This document shows, piece after piece, positions 9,127 to 20,337 of a stretch of 64,000 nt of DNA (the stretch's first letter is position 1; every line of letters starts with the position of its first letter). The stretch covers positions 26,755 to 90,754 of IMG/VR virus record IMGVR_UViG_3300037467_001462, one strand, 5' to 3'. This DNA comes from a virus. Both the position numbers and the translations under genes were made by a program. Under the pieces are notes generated by a model. The model saw only the letters and a list, made by a program, of their open reading frames with translations. It was not told where the DNA came from and did not search any database.

Positions 9127-9274
9127 TAGTTGCCACAACACTCTAGGCGCCTTCCCGGTTGCGGGAGTCTCATTCTCGCTGCTCAATGACCTTCGCCTCT
9201 TGCGAAACGTGTTCCCTGTAACAGGGCTTGCGCGGATGTAGTGTCAGTACTACACTGTGTTGATGTCACAACAC
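9127..9274. promoter_or_regulatory. Divergent switch region with three operator-like sites
   Basis: TAGTTGCCACAACAC 9127, GTGTCAGTACTACAC 9241, TTGATGTCACAACAC 9260. Confidence 0.7.
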
Positions 9275-9361
9275 GTGGAGTGAACCAACAAAACGGCCCG
9301 CCCCCAGTGGCATGAGGACGGGCCAAGGGACACCCCACGCAAGCGAAAGGAAAAACGCAGC

Positions 9362-9583
9362 ATGTCCAACACGGATCATACGACACCCTGCCAACAGCCA
9401 CCCCGCCTCAACAAACGGGTCCACATCGACACGGGCGCCCTCCTCCGAGCCATCGACTGGAACCAGGACGTCATCGACGACCAAGAGGCGCACCTCGCCT
9501 ACAAGGACGCCGTCATCGCCCGCAAAGACGCCGAGATCGCCGCCCTCAAAGCCGAACTCGCAGCCCTCAAGGCGGAGAAGTGA
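9362..9583 (+). CDS. Small coiled-coil hypothetical protein
   Basis: First ORF of the rightward operon; heptad-like C-terminus. Confidence 0.65.
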   Translation: MSNTDHTTPCQQPPRLNKRVHIDTGALLRAIDWNQDVIDDQEAHLAYKDAVIARKDAEIAALKAELAALKAEK

Positions 9584-9686
9584 ACACCCGCCGCGCCATC
9601 CGGCACTTCTTCGACGGCCTCGCCTGGGCCATCGCCCTGGGCGCCACCTTCGGATTCATCCTCTACCTGCAAGCAGGCGGCCACTG

Positions 9687-10535
9687 ATGAACGCTCCCCA
9701 CCCGGAACTCTCCGAACCCCGCCTCACCGTCTACCCAGACATACTCCAGGGCTCAGACGAATGGCTCGCCCAGCGCCGCGGAATCGTCACCGCCTCAGTC
9801 GTCGGCAACCTCATCACCGTCCGAAAGCTGTCCGCGATCGACTACCCATGCACCGCATGCGGCTCGACAGCGAACGAACCCTGCCGCAGCAAGGTGAGGG
9901 CCGACACCGCGATCAAGACCCTCCACACGGAACGCGCCGAACTGGCACGCCGCAACCCCGCGAACACCGTGTTCGAAACCGCCAACAACGACACATCCCG
10001 CAGCCTCACAGCACTCCTCGTCGCCGAACGCATCACCGGATGGACCGATCCGACCTACATCAGCGACGACATGCTCAGGGGCTTCGCCGACGAGCCGATA
10101 GCGCGCCACATCTACAGCGAGCACTACGGCCCCGTTCACGAAGCAGGATTCATGGTCCGCGAGTACCAGGGCATCCGAATCGGTTACTCCCCGGACGGAC
10201 TGGTCGCAGACGACGGGTTGATCGAGATCAAATCTCGGCGACCGAAGATTCACCTCACGCATGTCCTGTCCGGACAGGTACCAGCCGAAAACATGGCGCA
10301 ATGCCAAACCGGGCTCCTGGTATCCGGCCGCAAATGGCTCGACTACGTCAGCTACAGCGGCGGCATGCACCTGTGGATCAAGCGGGTGTACCCCGATCAG
10401 CGGTGGTTCGACGCGATCACCGCCGCGGTCGAAGCCTTCGAGGCGAACGCCCGCGAAATGCAACTCCACTACTTCGAGTCTGTCGCCGACTTCCCGATGA
10501 CAGACCGCATCATCGAGCAGGAAATGGTGATCTAA
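9687..10535 (+). CDS. YqaJ / lambda-exonuclease family protein with inserted zinc-finger-like segment
   Basis: QGSDEWLAQRRGIVTAS, YSPDGLV, LIEIK, QCQTGL; CxxC..C..H insert. Confidence 0.9.
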   Translation: MNAPHPELSEPRLTVYPDILQGSDEWLAQRRGIVTASVVGNLITVRKLSAIDYPCTACGSTANEPCRSKVRADTAIKTLHTERAELARRNPANTVFETANNDTSRSLTALLVAERITGWTDPTYISDDMLRGFADEPIARHIYSEHYGPVHEAGFMVREYQGIRIGYSPDGLVADDGLIEIKSRRPKIHLTHVLSGQVPAENMAQCQTGLLVSGRKWLDYVSYSGGMHLWIKRVYPDQRWFDAITAAVEAFEANAREMQLHYFESVADFPMTDRIIEQEMVI

Positions 10536-10537
10536 AA

Positions 10538-11200
10538 ATGGATCTCACCGAGACAATCGCACCGAAGTCCGACCAGCTCAACGCCGAAGACCTGTTGAGC
10601 GGCCCACGCACCGTGCAGATCGAGAAAGTCAGCAAGGGATCTGCCGAGCAGCCCGTGAACATCCACCTCGTAGAGTTCCCCGGCCGCCCGTTCCGCCCCT
10701 CAAAAACCGTGCGCCGCATCCTCGTCGCGGCATGGGGACCGGACGCCGCGACCTACGTTGGCCGGCGAATGCTCATCTTCAACGACCCCACCGTGAAATG
10801 GGGCGGCCAAGAAGTCGGCGGCATCCGCATCAAGGCACTGTCCCACATCGACAAGCGACTCACCCTCGCCCTCACCGTGACTCGCGGGCAGCGCAAACCG
10901 TACATCGTCGAGCCCCTGCCCGCCGGCCCACCCGCGATCACCGATGCGCAGGTCGACGAGATCGCGGCACGCATCGAAAAGGCCGCCGACCGCGCAGCAC
11001 TCGACTCGATCGTTGCCGAACTCAAGACGTTCGATCTCGGCCAGCACCGGGGCCGCTTGATGCAGCTGTGGAAGGGACGGGTCAACGCCCTCAGCAACGA
11101 GGAGTCGGCGCCGCCCGAGGACGACGTCCAGGACGCCCCCAGCTCGTACTACGAGGATGAGCCGTCGGCCGACGAAGGCATGTTCCCTGATCCTTCCTGA
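10538..11200 (+). CDS. Putative recombination partner of YqaJ (possible annealing protein)
   Basis: PKSDQLNAEDL...VKWGGQEVGGIRI motif; position; acidic tail. Confidence 0.6.
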   Translation: MDLTETIAPKSDQLNAEDLLSGPRTVQIEKVSKGSAEQPVNIHLVEFPGRPFRPSKTVRRILVAAWGPDAATYVGRRMLIFNDPTVKWGGQEVGGIRIKALSHIDKRLTLALTVTRGQRKPYIVEPLPAGPPAITDAQVDEIAARIEKAADRAALDSIVAELKTFDLGQHRGRLMQLWKGRVNALSNEESAPPEDDVQDAPSSYYEDEPSADEGMFPDPS

Positions 11201-11270
11201 CCATCTGATTGCCTGGCCCGCACCAAATGTGGTGCGGGCTAGGGCGACCACTCCCAGAACCGGAGCAATC

Positions 11271-11963
11271 ATGTCCAGCTGGACCGACATGCCCCTCACG
11301 GCGGTTGACACGGAGACGACTGGCGTCGATGTGTTTGCGGCCAAAGTTGTGACCGCGTGCGTGGTGGACATCAACGGATCCTCAGTCGACGCGCGCAATT
11401 GGTTGGCGGATCCCGGAATCGAGATCCCCGCCGGCGCAACGGAAGTGCATGGCGTCACCACCGAGCACGCCCGCGCACATGGCCGCCCACACGCAGAGGT
11501 CGTCGCCGAAGTGGTCGAGGCGATGTATACGGCGTGGGACGCAGACCGTGCCGTCGTCATCTACAACGCTGCGTTCGATGCCTCCCTCCTCGCAGCGAAC
11601 TACCCCGGCTTCGAAGTGCGCGGACTCATCATCGACCCGATGGTGATCGACCGAGAATTCGACACCTTCCGGCCCGGCAAACGCACATTGAGCGCCGTCT
11701 GCGAGCACTACGGAGTGCGCCTCGATGGCGCCCACAGCGCAGACGGCGACGCACTCGCAGCCGCACGACTCGCGTGGAAACTGCCACGACGATACCCAGT
11801 CCTCGAACTGACCGACGCTGCCGGACTCATGCAGGCCCAAGCCGAATGGCACAAGAACCGGCAACTCGACTTCATCGACTACCTCAGCCGCAACCGCAGG
11901 CCATTTCACGACGTCTCGATCGAATGGCCCATCCGCTACCCGAAAGCCCAAGCAGCAGCATGA
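11271..11963 (+). CDS. DnaQ-like DEDDh 3'-5' exonuclease
   Basis: VDTETTG, YNAAFD, AHSADGD. Confidence 0.92.
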   Translation: MSSWTDMPLTAVDTETTGVDVFAAKVVTACVVDINGSSVDARNWLADPGIEIPAGATEVHGVTTEHARAHGRPHAEVVAEVVEAMYTAWDADRAVVIYNAAFDASLLAANYPGFEVRGLIIDPMVIDREFDTFRPGKRTLSAVCEHYGVRLDGAHSADGDALAAARLAWKLPRRYPVLELTDAAGLMQAQAEWHKNRQLDFIDYLSRNRRPFHDVSIEWPIRYPKAQAAA

Positions 11964-12364
11964 AACTCGCCGACTACATCGACGCCACCCCCGCAGCCGC
12001 CAAACTGCGCGACATCCAGGCTGCCGGCGTCGCGCTCACCCGCCTCGCAACCATCATCCCCATCCCACTCAACACCCTCCACCTGCTCGTGCGGCGTCGA
12101 CAAAAACTCATCCGCCCCGAACATGCAGCGATCATCGACCGCCTCGACATCAACGAGCTGCGCGACATGTTCACCGTCCGGGTCGACGACGAGATCCTGA
12201 CCGGCATCACCCTCGGGCTACCTGTGACCATCCCGTACGGGCAGAAAGCGCACTACGCGCGCGAACTCCACGCCCGCGGCTGGGCATTCACCCGCATCTG
12301 CCGCACCCTCCGCATGTCCGGCGCCACCGTCCACAAAGCACTCGACGCGGAGGTGGCAGCCTGA
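11960..12364 (+). CDS. Hypothetical protein, possible HTH
   Basis: ATGA-coupled; C-terminal HTH-like segment. Confidence 0.65.
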   Translation: MKLADYIDATPAAAKLRDIQAAGVALTRLATIIPIPLNTLHLLVRRRQKLIRPEHAAIIDRLDINELRDMFTVRVDDEILTGITLGLPVTIPYGQKAHYARELHARGWAFTRICRTLRMSGATVHKALDAEVAA

Positions 12365-13188
12365 TGGTGCAAACCAGAAGCACAGCACCGAAATACGGCC
12401 GCTACAGACGTGACAAAGTGCGGGAACTGCGTGTAGCCAAAGGCATCCCGCCGACCGTGCCCGTCGAGAAGACCAGCACCCACGTCCAGTGGCTGTCATC
12501 AATCGGTTTCAACGACTACGCCATCGCAGCCGCGGCAGGGATCGCCCAAACAACTGTGTGGGAGATCCGCAACAGAATCTACGAGACCACCCAGATGGAT
12601 ATTGCCGCCCGGATCATGTCGGTCGGTCACACTCCAGTGCCCGCGCAGGCCCGCTCCCGTGTGCCCGCGTTCGGTGTGCATCGACGGATCCGCGCCCTGT
12701 GCGCAATCGGCTGGGGATACACCGAGGTCGGTCGCCGACTGTCCGTCTCGCATCAGCGGGTCGCCCAGATCGGTGCTTCCGGTCAGATCGACTACGAGAC
12801 ATGGCGTGCCATCGCAGACATCTACGACGAGCTGTCTGGAGAACCAGGCCCCAGCGCGATCGTACGGAGCCGCGCAGTCAAGAAGGGATGGGCGCCGCCG
12901 CTCGCATGGGAAGGCGTCGACATCGACCACCCCGACGCTCGCCCCAACCTCGGCGACGACACAACCGCGTCCGACATCGACGAAGTACTCCTCCTCCGAA
13001 TCCTGCGTGGCGACTACGACGGTGACATCCCGACACCCGAACGCAAAGCCGTCATCGACCACGCCATCGAACACGGGTGGACGAAATACCGCGTCGCGCA
13101 GGTACTCAACCTGAAACCCGCCACAGCCGATCAGGCGCTCATCCGCCGGCGCCGAGAACTCCGTAAGACCAGGGAGGTCGCCGCATGA
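12364..13188 (+). CDS. Multi-HTH DNA-binding protein (paralogue of next gene)
   Basis: Repeated HTH-like segments; YDELSG.PGPS and PPLAWEG.DIDHP motifs. Confidence 0.75.
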   Translation: MVQTRSTAPKYGRYRRDKVRELRVAKGIPPTVPVEKTSTHVQWLSSIGFNDYAIAAAAGIAQTTVWEIRNRIYETTQMDIAARIMSVGHTPVPAQARSRVPAFGVHRRIRALCAIGWGYTEVGRRLSVSHQRVAQIGASGQIDYETWRAIADIYDELSGEPGPSAIVRSRAVKKGWAPPLAWEGVDIDHPDARPNLGDDTTASDIDEVLLLRILRGDYDGDIPTPERKAVIDHAIEHGWTKYRVAQVLNLKPATADQALIRRRRELRKTREVAA

Positions 13189-13922
13189 GCAGAACAGCGC
13201 GCGCTTCGAAGCTCTACCGAATCCGGCAAGAACGCGGCGAACCCGCCACCATGCCCATCCACCTTGTTCGCCAACGCATCGACCAACTGCACAACCTTGG
13301 GCTCACCACCCAAATGATCGCCCACGCAGCAAGTCTCGACCTCACCACTATCCGCAACATCGAAGACCGCAACACCGATCACGTGCGCATCGAGATCGCC
13401 GCCAAAATCTGGAAAGTCGACCACCGCCCGAACCCCAACCAGAAGCTTGTCCCCGCCATTGGCGCCCGCCGCAGAGTCCGCGCACTCAACGCACTCGGCT
13501 GGCCCACAAGCGAACTCGCCGCACGACACGGCCTCAGCAAAGACTCCTTCAACCAATCACTGCGCTGCAAACACATCACCTACGCCAGCTGGGCCCGCGT
13601 CCGCGACCTCTACGACGAACTGTCCGGCACCCCAGGCCCCAGCGACACAAGCCGCAAACGCGCCCACGCCGACGGCCACGCACCACCACTCGCCTGGGAA
13701 GGACGTGACATAGACCACCCAGCAGCGCAACCGGACTGGAAAGCCGCCGGCATCAAACTCGCTGACCGGCCCGTGTGTGTGAACAACCACGAGTACACCC
13801 CGGAAAGCACTTACCTCGACACCCGCGGGCACAGGCAATGCCGCAGGTGTCGCCGCGCAGCCGAAGCGCGCAAAGCTGCCAAGCGCCGCACCGCCGAAGA
13901 ATCACCCGAAAAGGTTGCATAA
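13185..13922 (+). CDS. Multi-HTH DNA-binding protein with C-terminal zinc-finger-like motif
   Basis: Same motifs as the previous gene plus CVNNH...RQCRRC. Confidence 0.75.
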   Translation: MSRTARASKLYRIRQERGEPATMPIHLVRQRIDQLHNLGLTTQMIAHAASLDLTTIRNIEDRNTDHVRIEIAAKIWKVDHRPNPNQKLVPAIGARRRVRALNALGWPTSELAARHGLSKDSFNQSLRCKHITYASWARVRDLYDELSGTPGPSDTSRKRAHADGHAPPLAWEGRDIDHPAAQPDWKAAGIKLADRPVCVNNHEYTPESTYLDTRGHRQCRRCRRAAEARKAAKRRTAEESPEKVA

Positions 13923-14388
13923 ATGTGTAATCCATTGCGCCGCACCGCATTCCAGCTAGACAAACACGGTAAGATCGATACGAATAGGGAACCCGCGAAA
14001 CCGCGACCAACCCCCTAAACGCAGTACGGGGCGTCCACCTGACAAGAAGACGCCCCGACCGCAAAAGTGCGCGTACCACCGCGCACAACACCGAGGAAAG
14101 CAAGCCCGCACCTCGGTTCACATTCATTATGCCACCCGGAGGTGGTTCACGTCATGCCGCGCTCTAAAACAGCCGACTACCGGCCCTACGCGCTCGCCGT
14201 CCTTACGGCACTCCGCGACCTCGGCGGCCTAGAAGTACTCCATGCGGACACTCTCGTCGCGCAGCTGCGCATCAGCGGTGGCCTCACCGACACGGAGATC
14301 GCCGAAACGCTCGGCGTGCCAGTCGAAGACATCACCCACCCCGCCCGGCCGGCAACGGCCGCCTGAGCCGAGAGGAGACGCAGGACCC

Positions 14389-15297
14389 ATGCCGAAGGAC
14401 AACCGGCCCTTCATCACCGTCGCGGTCGACATGGACCGCAACCCGAAGTACGCGTCCCTCAACGACGCTCAAAAGTTCCTCATCATCCGGGCGTGGCTGC
14501 ACTGCGCTGAGTTCCTCACCGACGGGGTCGTGTCGATGCCTGTCTGGCGCAAACTTGGAACAGATCGGAACAGAAAAGCGATTCTTGCGACCGGCGCGTG
14601 TTCTGTAGATGCGGAACAAAACGCGGTGGTGTTCCACGACTACCTGGAGCATCAGCAAAGCCGCAGCGAAGTCCTTGAACGGAAAGAAAAGGCCAGGTCA
14701 GCCGGGCAGAAGGGCGGCCAGGCGAAGGCCGCTAACGCGAGGAAAGCTACCGGAAACACGGGTAGGTCCGGCCTAGCAACTGCTAGAGATTTTCCTAGCG
14801 GATCTGTACCAGAAACAGATATAGATAAAGAAAGAACTACTTACGTTGGCAGTGCATCTAACGTAAGTAGCGCGCGAGCGTCCGAAATGCCCGACGCCGA
14901 CGCCATCGCAGCCGCAGTCGAAACCCCCGGCCCCGTCGTGCCCATCGACGGCCGCCGACTCGTCCGCGCCCACATCTCGCTCGAACACCCGCCAGCCGTG
15001 CACACCGAGCTGTCCATCCAAGCCGCAGCCATGCTCAAAGCAGGCACCCCGCCCGAGACGATCGAAGCCGCACTCAAGTTGTGGCTCACCAAACCCCAGC
15101 TCGGACCGAAAACTCTGCCCTCCCTCGTCAGCGAAGTCATCCGCGGACGCAGCCAACAGCCGGCCACGGCTAGCCAGCCCAACGCGGGCGGCACGAACCT
15201 CCCGAAGAACGCGACCGGCGCCGAAATCGAACAAGCAGCCGACGCCGCCCTAGAGCGCGTCCTGCGATCCCTGCGCGACAACCAAGCCACCGCCTAA
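14389..15297 (+). CDS. Putative replication initiator
   Basis: MDRNPK...AWLHC...TDG N-terminus, ARSAGQKGGQA, upstream of helicase genes. Confidence 0.7.
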   Translation: MPKDNRPFITVAVDMDRNPKYASLNDAQKFLIIRAWLHCAEFLTDGVVSMPVWRKLGTDRNRKAILATGACSVDAEQNAVVFHDYLEHQQSRSEVLERKEKARSAGQKGGQAKAANARKATGNTGRSGLATARDFPSGSVPETDIDKERTTYVGSASNVSSARASEMPDADAIAAAVETPGPVVPIDGRRLVRAHISLEHPPAVHTELSIQAAAMLKAGTPPETIEAALKLWLTKPQLGPKTLPSLVSEVIRGRSQQPATASQPNAGGTNLPKNATGAEIEQAADAALERVLRSLRDNQATA

Positions 15298-15314
15298 CCA
15301 GGAGCAGCCCACAC

Positions 15315-15788
15315 ATGCTCGACCTCGCCACCGCCACCAGCATCGCCGGACGCGTCCTCAAAGAAGCCCGCTACCTCGACAACCGGATCCTCATCGACGA
15401 CGACTCCATCGCCGCCTGGGGCCGCTGCTTCAACGGCCAAAAAGTGTTCCCCACCGAAGCGCTCGACGCCGTCCACACCCACTACCGGCAACCCAACGCG
15501 TTCCCCATCAAACCCGGCGACATCATCGCCCACTGCGAGACCCAACCCGTCTGGTCCTCAGTCGAACACGTACAGCACTTCCTCGACGACTGCCCCCGCT
15601 ACCCCTACTCGACCGCAATCGAGGACTACGCGGGCGTCAGGCCCCCCGAAAGCGACATCCCCGACACGGTGCCGCACGACCAACGCCGCCAATACCGGGC
15701 AGACGAACTCGCCGAATGGATCAACACCTACCGCGACGAACTCGTCACCGCCATCCTCAACCGCAAGCACAAGTCGGTGTACGCATGA
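15315..15788 (+). CDS. Putative helicase loader / hypothetical protein
   Basis: LDNR...AAW...ALDAV..HY....IKPGDI pattern; lies between initiator and DnaB. Confidence 0.55.
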   Translation: MLDLATATSIAGRVLKEARYLDNRILIDDDSIAAWGRCFNGQKVFPTEALDAVHTHYRQPNAFPIKPGDIIAHCETQPVWSSVEHVQHFLDDCPRYPYSTAIEDYAGVRPPESDIPDTVPHDQRRQYRADELAEWINTYRDELVTAILNRKHKSVYA

Positions 15789-17125
15789 ACCACGACCACG
15801 AAGACGACGCCCCCGAAATCCGGTACGACGAAACCGCCGAAACCGCACTCCTCGGCATCGTCATGGGCGCCCCCGACCGCACCCGCGAAACCTTCCTGTC
15901 CATCTGGCCCGAAGCCTGGTACGGCACCAAAACCCGCACCCTCGCCACCATCCTCACCGCCATGCTCAAAACCGGCGACCACATCGACCCCAACACCGTC
16001 GTCGTCGCAGCTCAAAACCAAGGCCACGCAACCAAACTCGACAACGGCGCATTCATCCTCACCTGCTGGCAGAAAGCAGGCGCCCCCGAATCCGCGCCCA
16101 TCCTCGCAGAACGCATCCGCAACCTCGCCACCTGCCGTGACCTCCACAACGCGGCAGACCGCGTCATGCAACGCGTCCAAAGCTCCTGGACCACAGGCGC
16201 TGACCCCGCCGACACCACCGAACACCTCACCTGGCTCAAACGTGAACTCGAAGCCATCGAAAACCGCAACACCGACCCCGAACATGACCAAGTCGTCCAA
16301 AAATTCGACCAAGCAGTCGAAGACTTCTGGGAATGGCAAAACGCGCCCGCCGAAAGCCTCGACGCCATCCCAACCCCCTGGCCCGAACTCGACGACCTCC
16401 TCGCCGGTGGACTCCACCGCGGACGCTCCTACCTGTTCGCCGGCCGACCTGGCGGTGGAAAGAGCTTGGCGCTGTCCAACTTCGCGGGCTACGCATCCGA
16501 ACGCGGCCACAAAGGACTCCTGTTCTCCGTCGAAATGGGCACCCGCGAAGTCACCGCACGCATCCTCGCCGCCGCAGCACACGCCGAATACGGGCAAATC
16601 ACCCGACGCCAAATGGACGACCGCAACCACGCCAAAGTCCTCGACAAATCCCAGCAAGTCGCCGGCATGCCCCTCTGGATCTGCGACCAAGCCTCACTCA
16701 CCGTCGACCGCATCCGCAACGAAGCACTCAAACTCAAACGCACCATCGGCCTCGACTACGTAGCCGTCGACTACGTCCAACTCCTCCGCGCCACCGACAG
16801 TAAACAACCACGCGAACGGCAAATCGCCGACATCTCCCGCAGCCTGAAAATGCTGTCCAAAGACCTCGACATCGCAGTCCTGTCCGCCTGCCAGCTCAAC
16901 CGCGGCGCCACCAAAGAAAAACGACCACCCACCATCGCCGAACTCCGCGAAAGCGGCAGTCTCGAACAGGACAGTGACGTCGTCGTCCTCCTCCACCACC
17001 CCGAACGCGAAGACGGATCCCCATCCGGCGAAGTCGAAATGATCGTCGGCAAAAACCGCACCGGAAAACTCTCGACCATCACCCTCGAATTCCGCGGCTA
17101 CCAAGCCCGACTCGGAAACCGATAG
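15785..17125 (+). CDS. dnaB: DnaB-like replicative helicase
   Basis: AGRPGGGKS, FSVEM, VDYVQL, CQLNR, LRESGSLEQDSD, KNRTG. Confidence 0.95.
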   Translation: MNHDHEDDAPEIRYDETAETALLGIVMGAPDRTRETFLSIWPEAWYGTKTRTLATILTAMLKTGDHIDPNTVVVAAQNQGHATKLDNGAFILTCWQKAGAPESAPILAERIRNLATCRDLHNAADRVMQRVQSSWTTGADPADTTEHLTWLKRELEAIENRNTDPEHDQVVQKFDQAVEDFWEWQNAPAESLDAIPTPWPELDDLLAGGLHRGRSYLFAGRPGGGKSLALSNFAGYASERGHKGLLFSVEMGTREVTARILAAAAHAEYGQITRRQMDDRNHAKVLDKSQQVAGMPLWICDQASLTVDRIRNEALKLKRTIGLDYVAVDYVQLLRATDSKQPRERQIADISRSLKMLSKDLDIAVLSACQLNRGATKEKRPPTIAELRESGSLEQDSDVVVLLHHPEREDGSPSGEVEMIVGKNRTGKLSTITLEFRGYQARLGNR

Positions 17126-20058
17126 AAAGCGAACGCCACCATGAACGACAGCATGAAAACGATCGGCGAACTCCTCGCGCACGACCACAACGTGAACCAC
17201 TGGGGACCTTGGCGAATCGACCCCACCGACTACAGCGTCTTCCACGACGCGCCGCCGATTCCGTACAGCATCCCCCTCGCAGAATGCGCCAACCCCGAGC
17301 GTGAACTGTTCTGGATCTACCTGATCGCCGGCAAGCGCTGGTCCCCGAACCTCCTGCCCGGACTCATCGCCTGCTTCCAAGACGTCCTCCACCCCGACGA
17401 CGCCGCGAGTTGGGAGCGCCCCACCCAATTCGCCGTCGACTTCGACATGGTCCGAAAGCGGATCGACGCATGGGTTATCGCAGAACATCCCGGCATCGGC
17501 GAATACCCGTACGACGCAGCCGAATAGAAGCCTGCCAGCTGAACGGGGCGGTCGACGCCGGGCCGCCCCACTGGACCAACCGAAAGCGACCATGACATGA
17601 AACTCATCCCCGCCGACAGCATCACCCCGAACGAACTCGCCGCTCTCCTCGACCTCGCCAAAACCTTCGAACCCGGCGAACTCCGCACCTTCCTCGAAGC
17701 CCTCGTCGCAGGCATCGCCAACAGCCACAACCAGGTCCTCGCGATCGGATACCCACATGAATAACATAAACGGACAGAGTGTCCGGATAGTCGGGACGCA
17801 GTTTCGGGCAACGGGTTTTGTTTCCGGTGGGGGAGCGGCTGGGCTGGAGCGGGCCGGATTGGCGGCTGTGCGCAACGGAGACGGCCGTTCGGGCGCGATC
17901 CGACCATGGGTAGCCGAACGGGTGTTCGAGCCCGCAAATCAGGGTCGGGTTTGCGTCGACCGATTGAATGTGTTCATGCGCTCCTTCCGATCCGCTGACG
18001 TCGTCCTCGTTGCGTCGTCGATTCACCTACAGCGATATGCGCATCAGTTGATAGTGCCTGCGTGTCGGGAGGTTTCAGCGTGAGTGAGTGGCGTGTGTTC
18101 CGTGAGAAGGGCTTCCGGTACTGGCTCGCCTGGTGCCTCGTCCGTGTCGCACATCGAGTGAAGGACACGACGTTCTATCAGGTGATCCGCCTGGAAGATG
18201 GTCGCGCGCTGATGGTGGACGCGAATGCGTGGGGTGACGGGTTGAGTCAGGGCCGCGGCATCTTCTGCTTGGAGCCTGACGACCCTGATGCCCTTCCTGC
18301 TTTCCGTGAATTCGATGACATCGAAGCGGCTGTCAACTGGTTCTGGGGAGAGGACGCGGCGTGAACACCGAGAAGGTGACCCGTTTCGAGGTGATCGACG
18401 AGAACGGCCGCCCGTACGTCCGTTATGGCGTGGCGGTCCGGCTGTTGGTGCAGGACGACGGGCAGACCTTGAAAGTGTTCGTGCGGAAGCAGGCTGACCC
18501 GATCCCTAAGTTCTCCGTGCTGGAGTGGTTCAACATCGCCGGCCGCGGGCTTATCGCGGCCGTGACTTGGGACAGCTCAATCCATCCGCGCGAACTGGTC
18601 GGCAATCAGGTTCGTATTGGCGAGAACGTGTATCACGTCACCGGGGTTGAAACGTCAGGGCAGCTTCCGCAGCAGGGCCGCGCACAGATTGGACTGCTAG
18701 TGCGCGAACAGGAGCAAGCAGCGTGAGCGAATGCCCGAAGTGCATCGAGGCGCTGGACCGTCGCGACCCATTGAACGCTGCGCTACGAGCCCGGTTGCGT
18801 GTTCTATGGGCCGCGATGCCGCATCCTATGTGGCCGATCCCCGACGACATGCCGCGCCAAACTTGCATCGACTGTCCCGCTTGCGGCGGTCACTACCTCG
18901 TCGACGAGGGCGCCGAATGGTGCTTCATGTGCACATGGGAACTCAGGCAGGTCGAGCAGCATTCCGGGCCGCCAGTCGAGACCGGGTTCAAGGTCGGCGA
19001 CATGGTTCGCTGGTGCTTCTCCGAGGGACGGATCCGCTACATCGACCCCAGCGGGTTTGTCGAAATCCTTTCCGGCGGTTGGACAATCCGCATCCCACAC
19101 GACGAACTCGACGAGGTGTATCCAGTGCAGGAATGGCAGCCAGGGCCGTTCTTCGACGAACCAGGAGACAACGAATGAACAGCGAGCCGCTGGACGGCTG
19201 CTGGTGCGGTCGACCGCCCCACGATGACCTGCTCGACGGGTGTGTGGGAGACAGGTTCCTGCACGCCATGTTCGGGCCGCCCACGGTCGAGTCGATGATC
19301 CTCGCCGCTATCACCATGTACGGGGATCTGCTCGCGATGGCGGTCGTGGGCGACGCAACACGATTGGTGCCGTTCGGGGAGACACCAGAGTCCATCCTGA
19401 ATGCCGTTCGACCGGACACCGAACCCGATATCGAAACCGACAAGGCGATGCTGCGGCTCGCCGGCATGGACGTCACGGACGCCGATATCGAGTCACTGCG
19501 CGACCGGTATTGGCCTAACCGATCGGAGTGGGCCGCATGAGCATCCGCCGCATGGTGTCCGAACTCCCGACCCTGCGACTCCCACCCGGCATCACCCGCT
19601 ACCGGATCAACCTGAAACGCGACGACGGGACATGGGAGCACGGCGAATGGATTACCGGCCCGCCACCTCAACCCGCTACCGGTTTGCGCGGCAATCTACT
19701 CGAATACGACATGCGGACACTCACACCGCCGAAGCTGACGATCCTCGGCGACACGACCCGCACATGGAACACCGACATCTACAACCCTGAGGAGAACCAG
19801 TGACCGAGACCCTGACGAGTCTGCCGATCCACGCTATCCCGCTCGTATTCCACACCGTGCCACTCGAACTGCTCGCGATCTGGACTTACGGGCAGTGAGC
19901 GAGCAACAGTACCCGTACGGTATCGGTTCCCCAATCGCGTTCGTCGACCCAGCGACCGGGAAACTCGTGCACGTCGGCTACTTGAAAGAGTGGCGGGCCA
20001 TCAACAACGAATACACGTTGACGACCGTCGCCAGCCGCGAAGAACTAGGAATTGCTGA

Positions 20059-20337
20059 ATGACCGCGAAATCCGACACCGACTACAACAAGCGCCTTGGC
20101 AACTACACCCTCTACCGGCTCTGGGCGGCCGACGAACTGCTGTACGTCGGTTTGACGATCACGCCGCGGACACGATTCGCGCAGTACAACCGGATGGTCG
20201 GGTGGTGGACTGAGGTCACCCACATAACTGTCGAGCATTTGGAATCGGTCAGCCGCATTGAGGCGCACGCTCGCGAGGCTGCCACGATCCAGGCGGAAAA
20301 CCCTCGATACAATCGCGCCCACAATAAGGTCGCTTAA
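20059..20337 (+). CDS. GIY-YIG endonuclease domain protein
   Basis: TLYRLW...LLYVGLT..PRTRF...E...I..ENPRYN. Confidence 0.8.
   Translation: MTAKSDTDYNKRLGNYTLYRLWAADELLYVGLTITPRTRFAQYNRMVGWWTEVTHITVEHLESVSRIEAHAREAATIQAENPRYNRAHNKVA

Noticed and set aside
9761-10537. N-terminal extension of the 479-aa ORF
   Set aside because: Arg/Pro-rich off-frame read of yqaJ; the real gene starts at 10538
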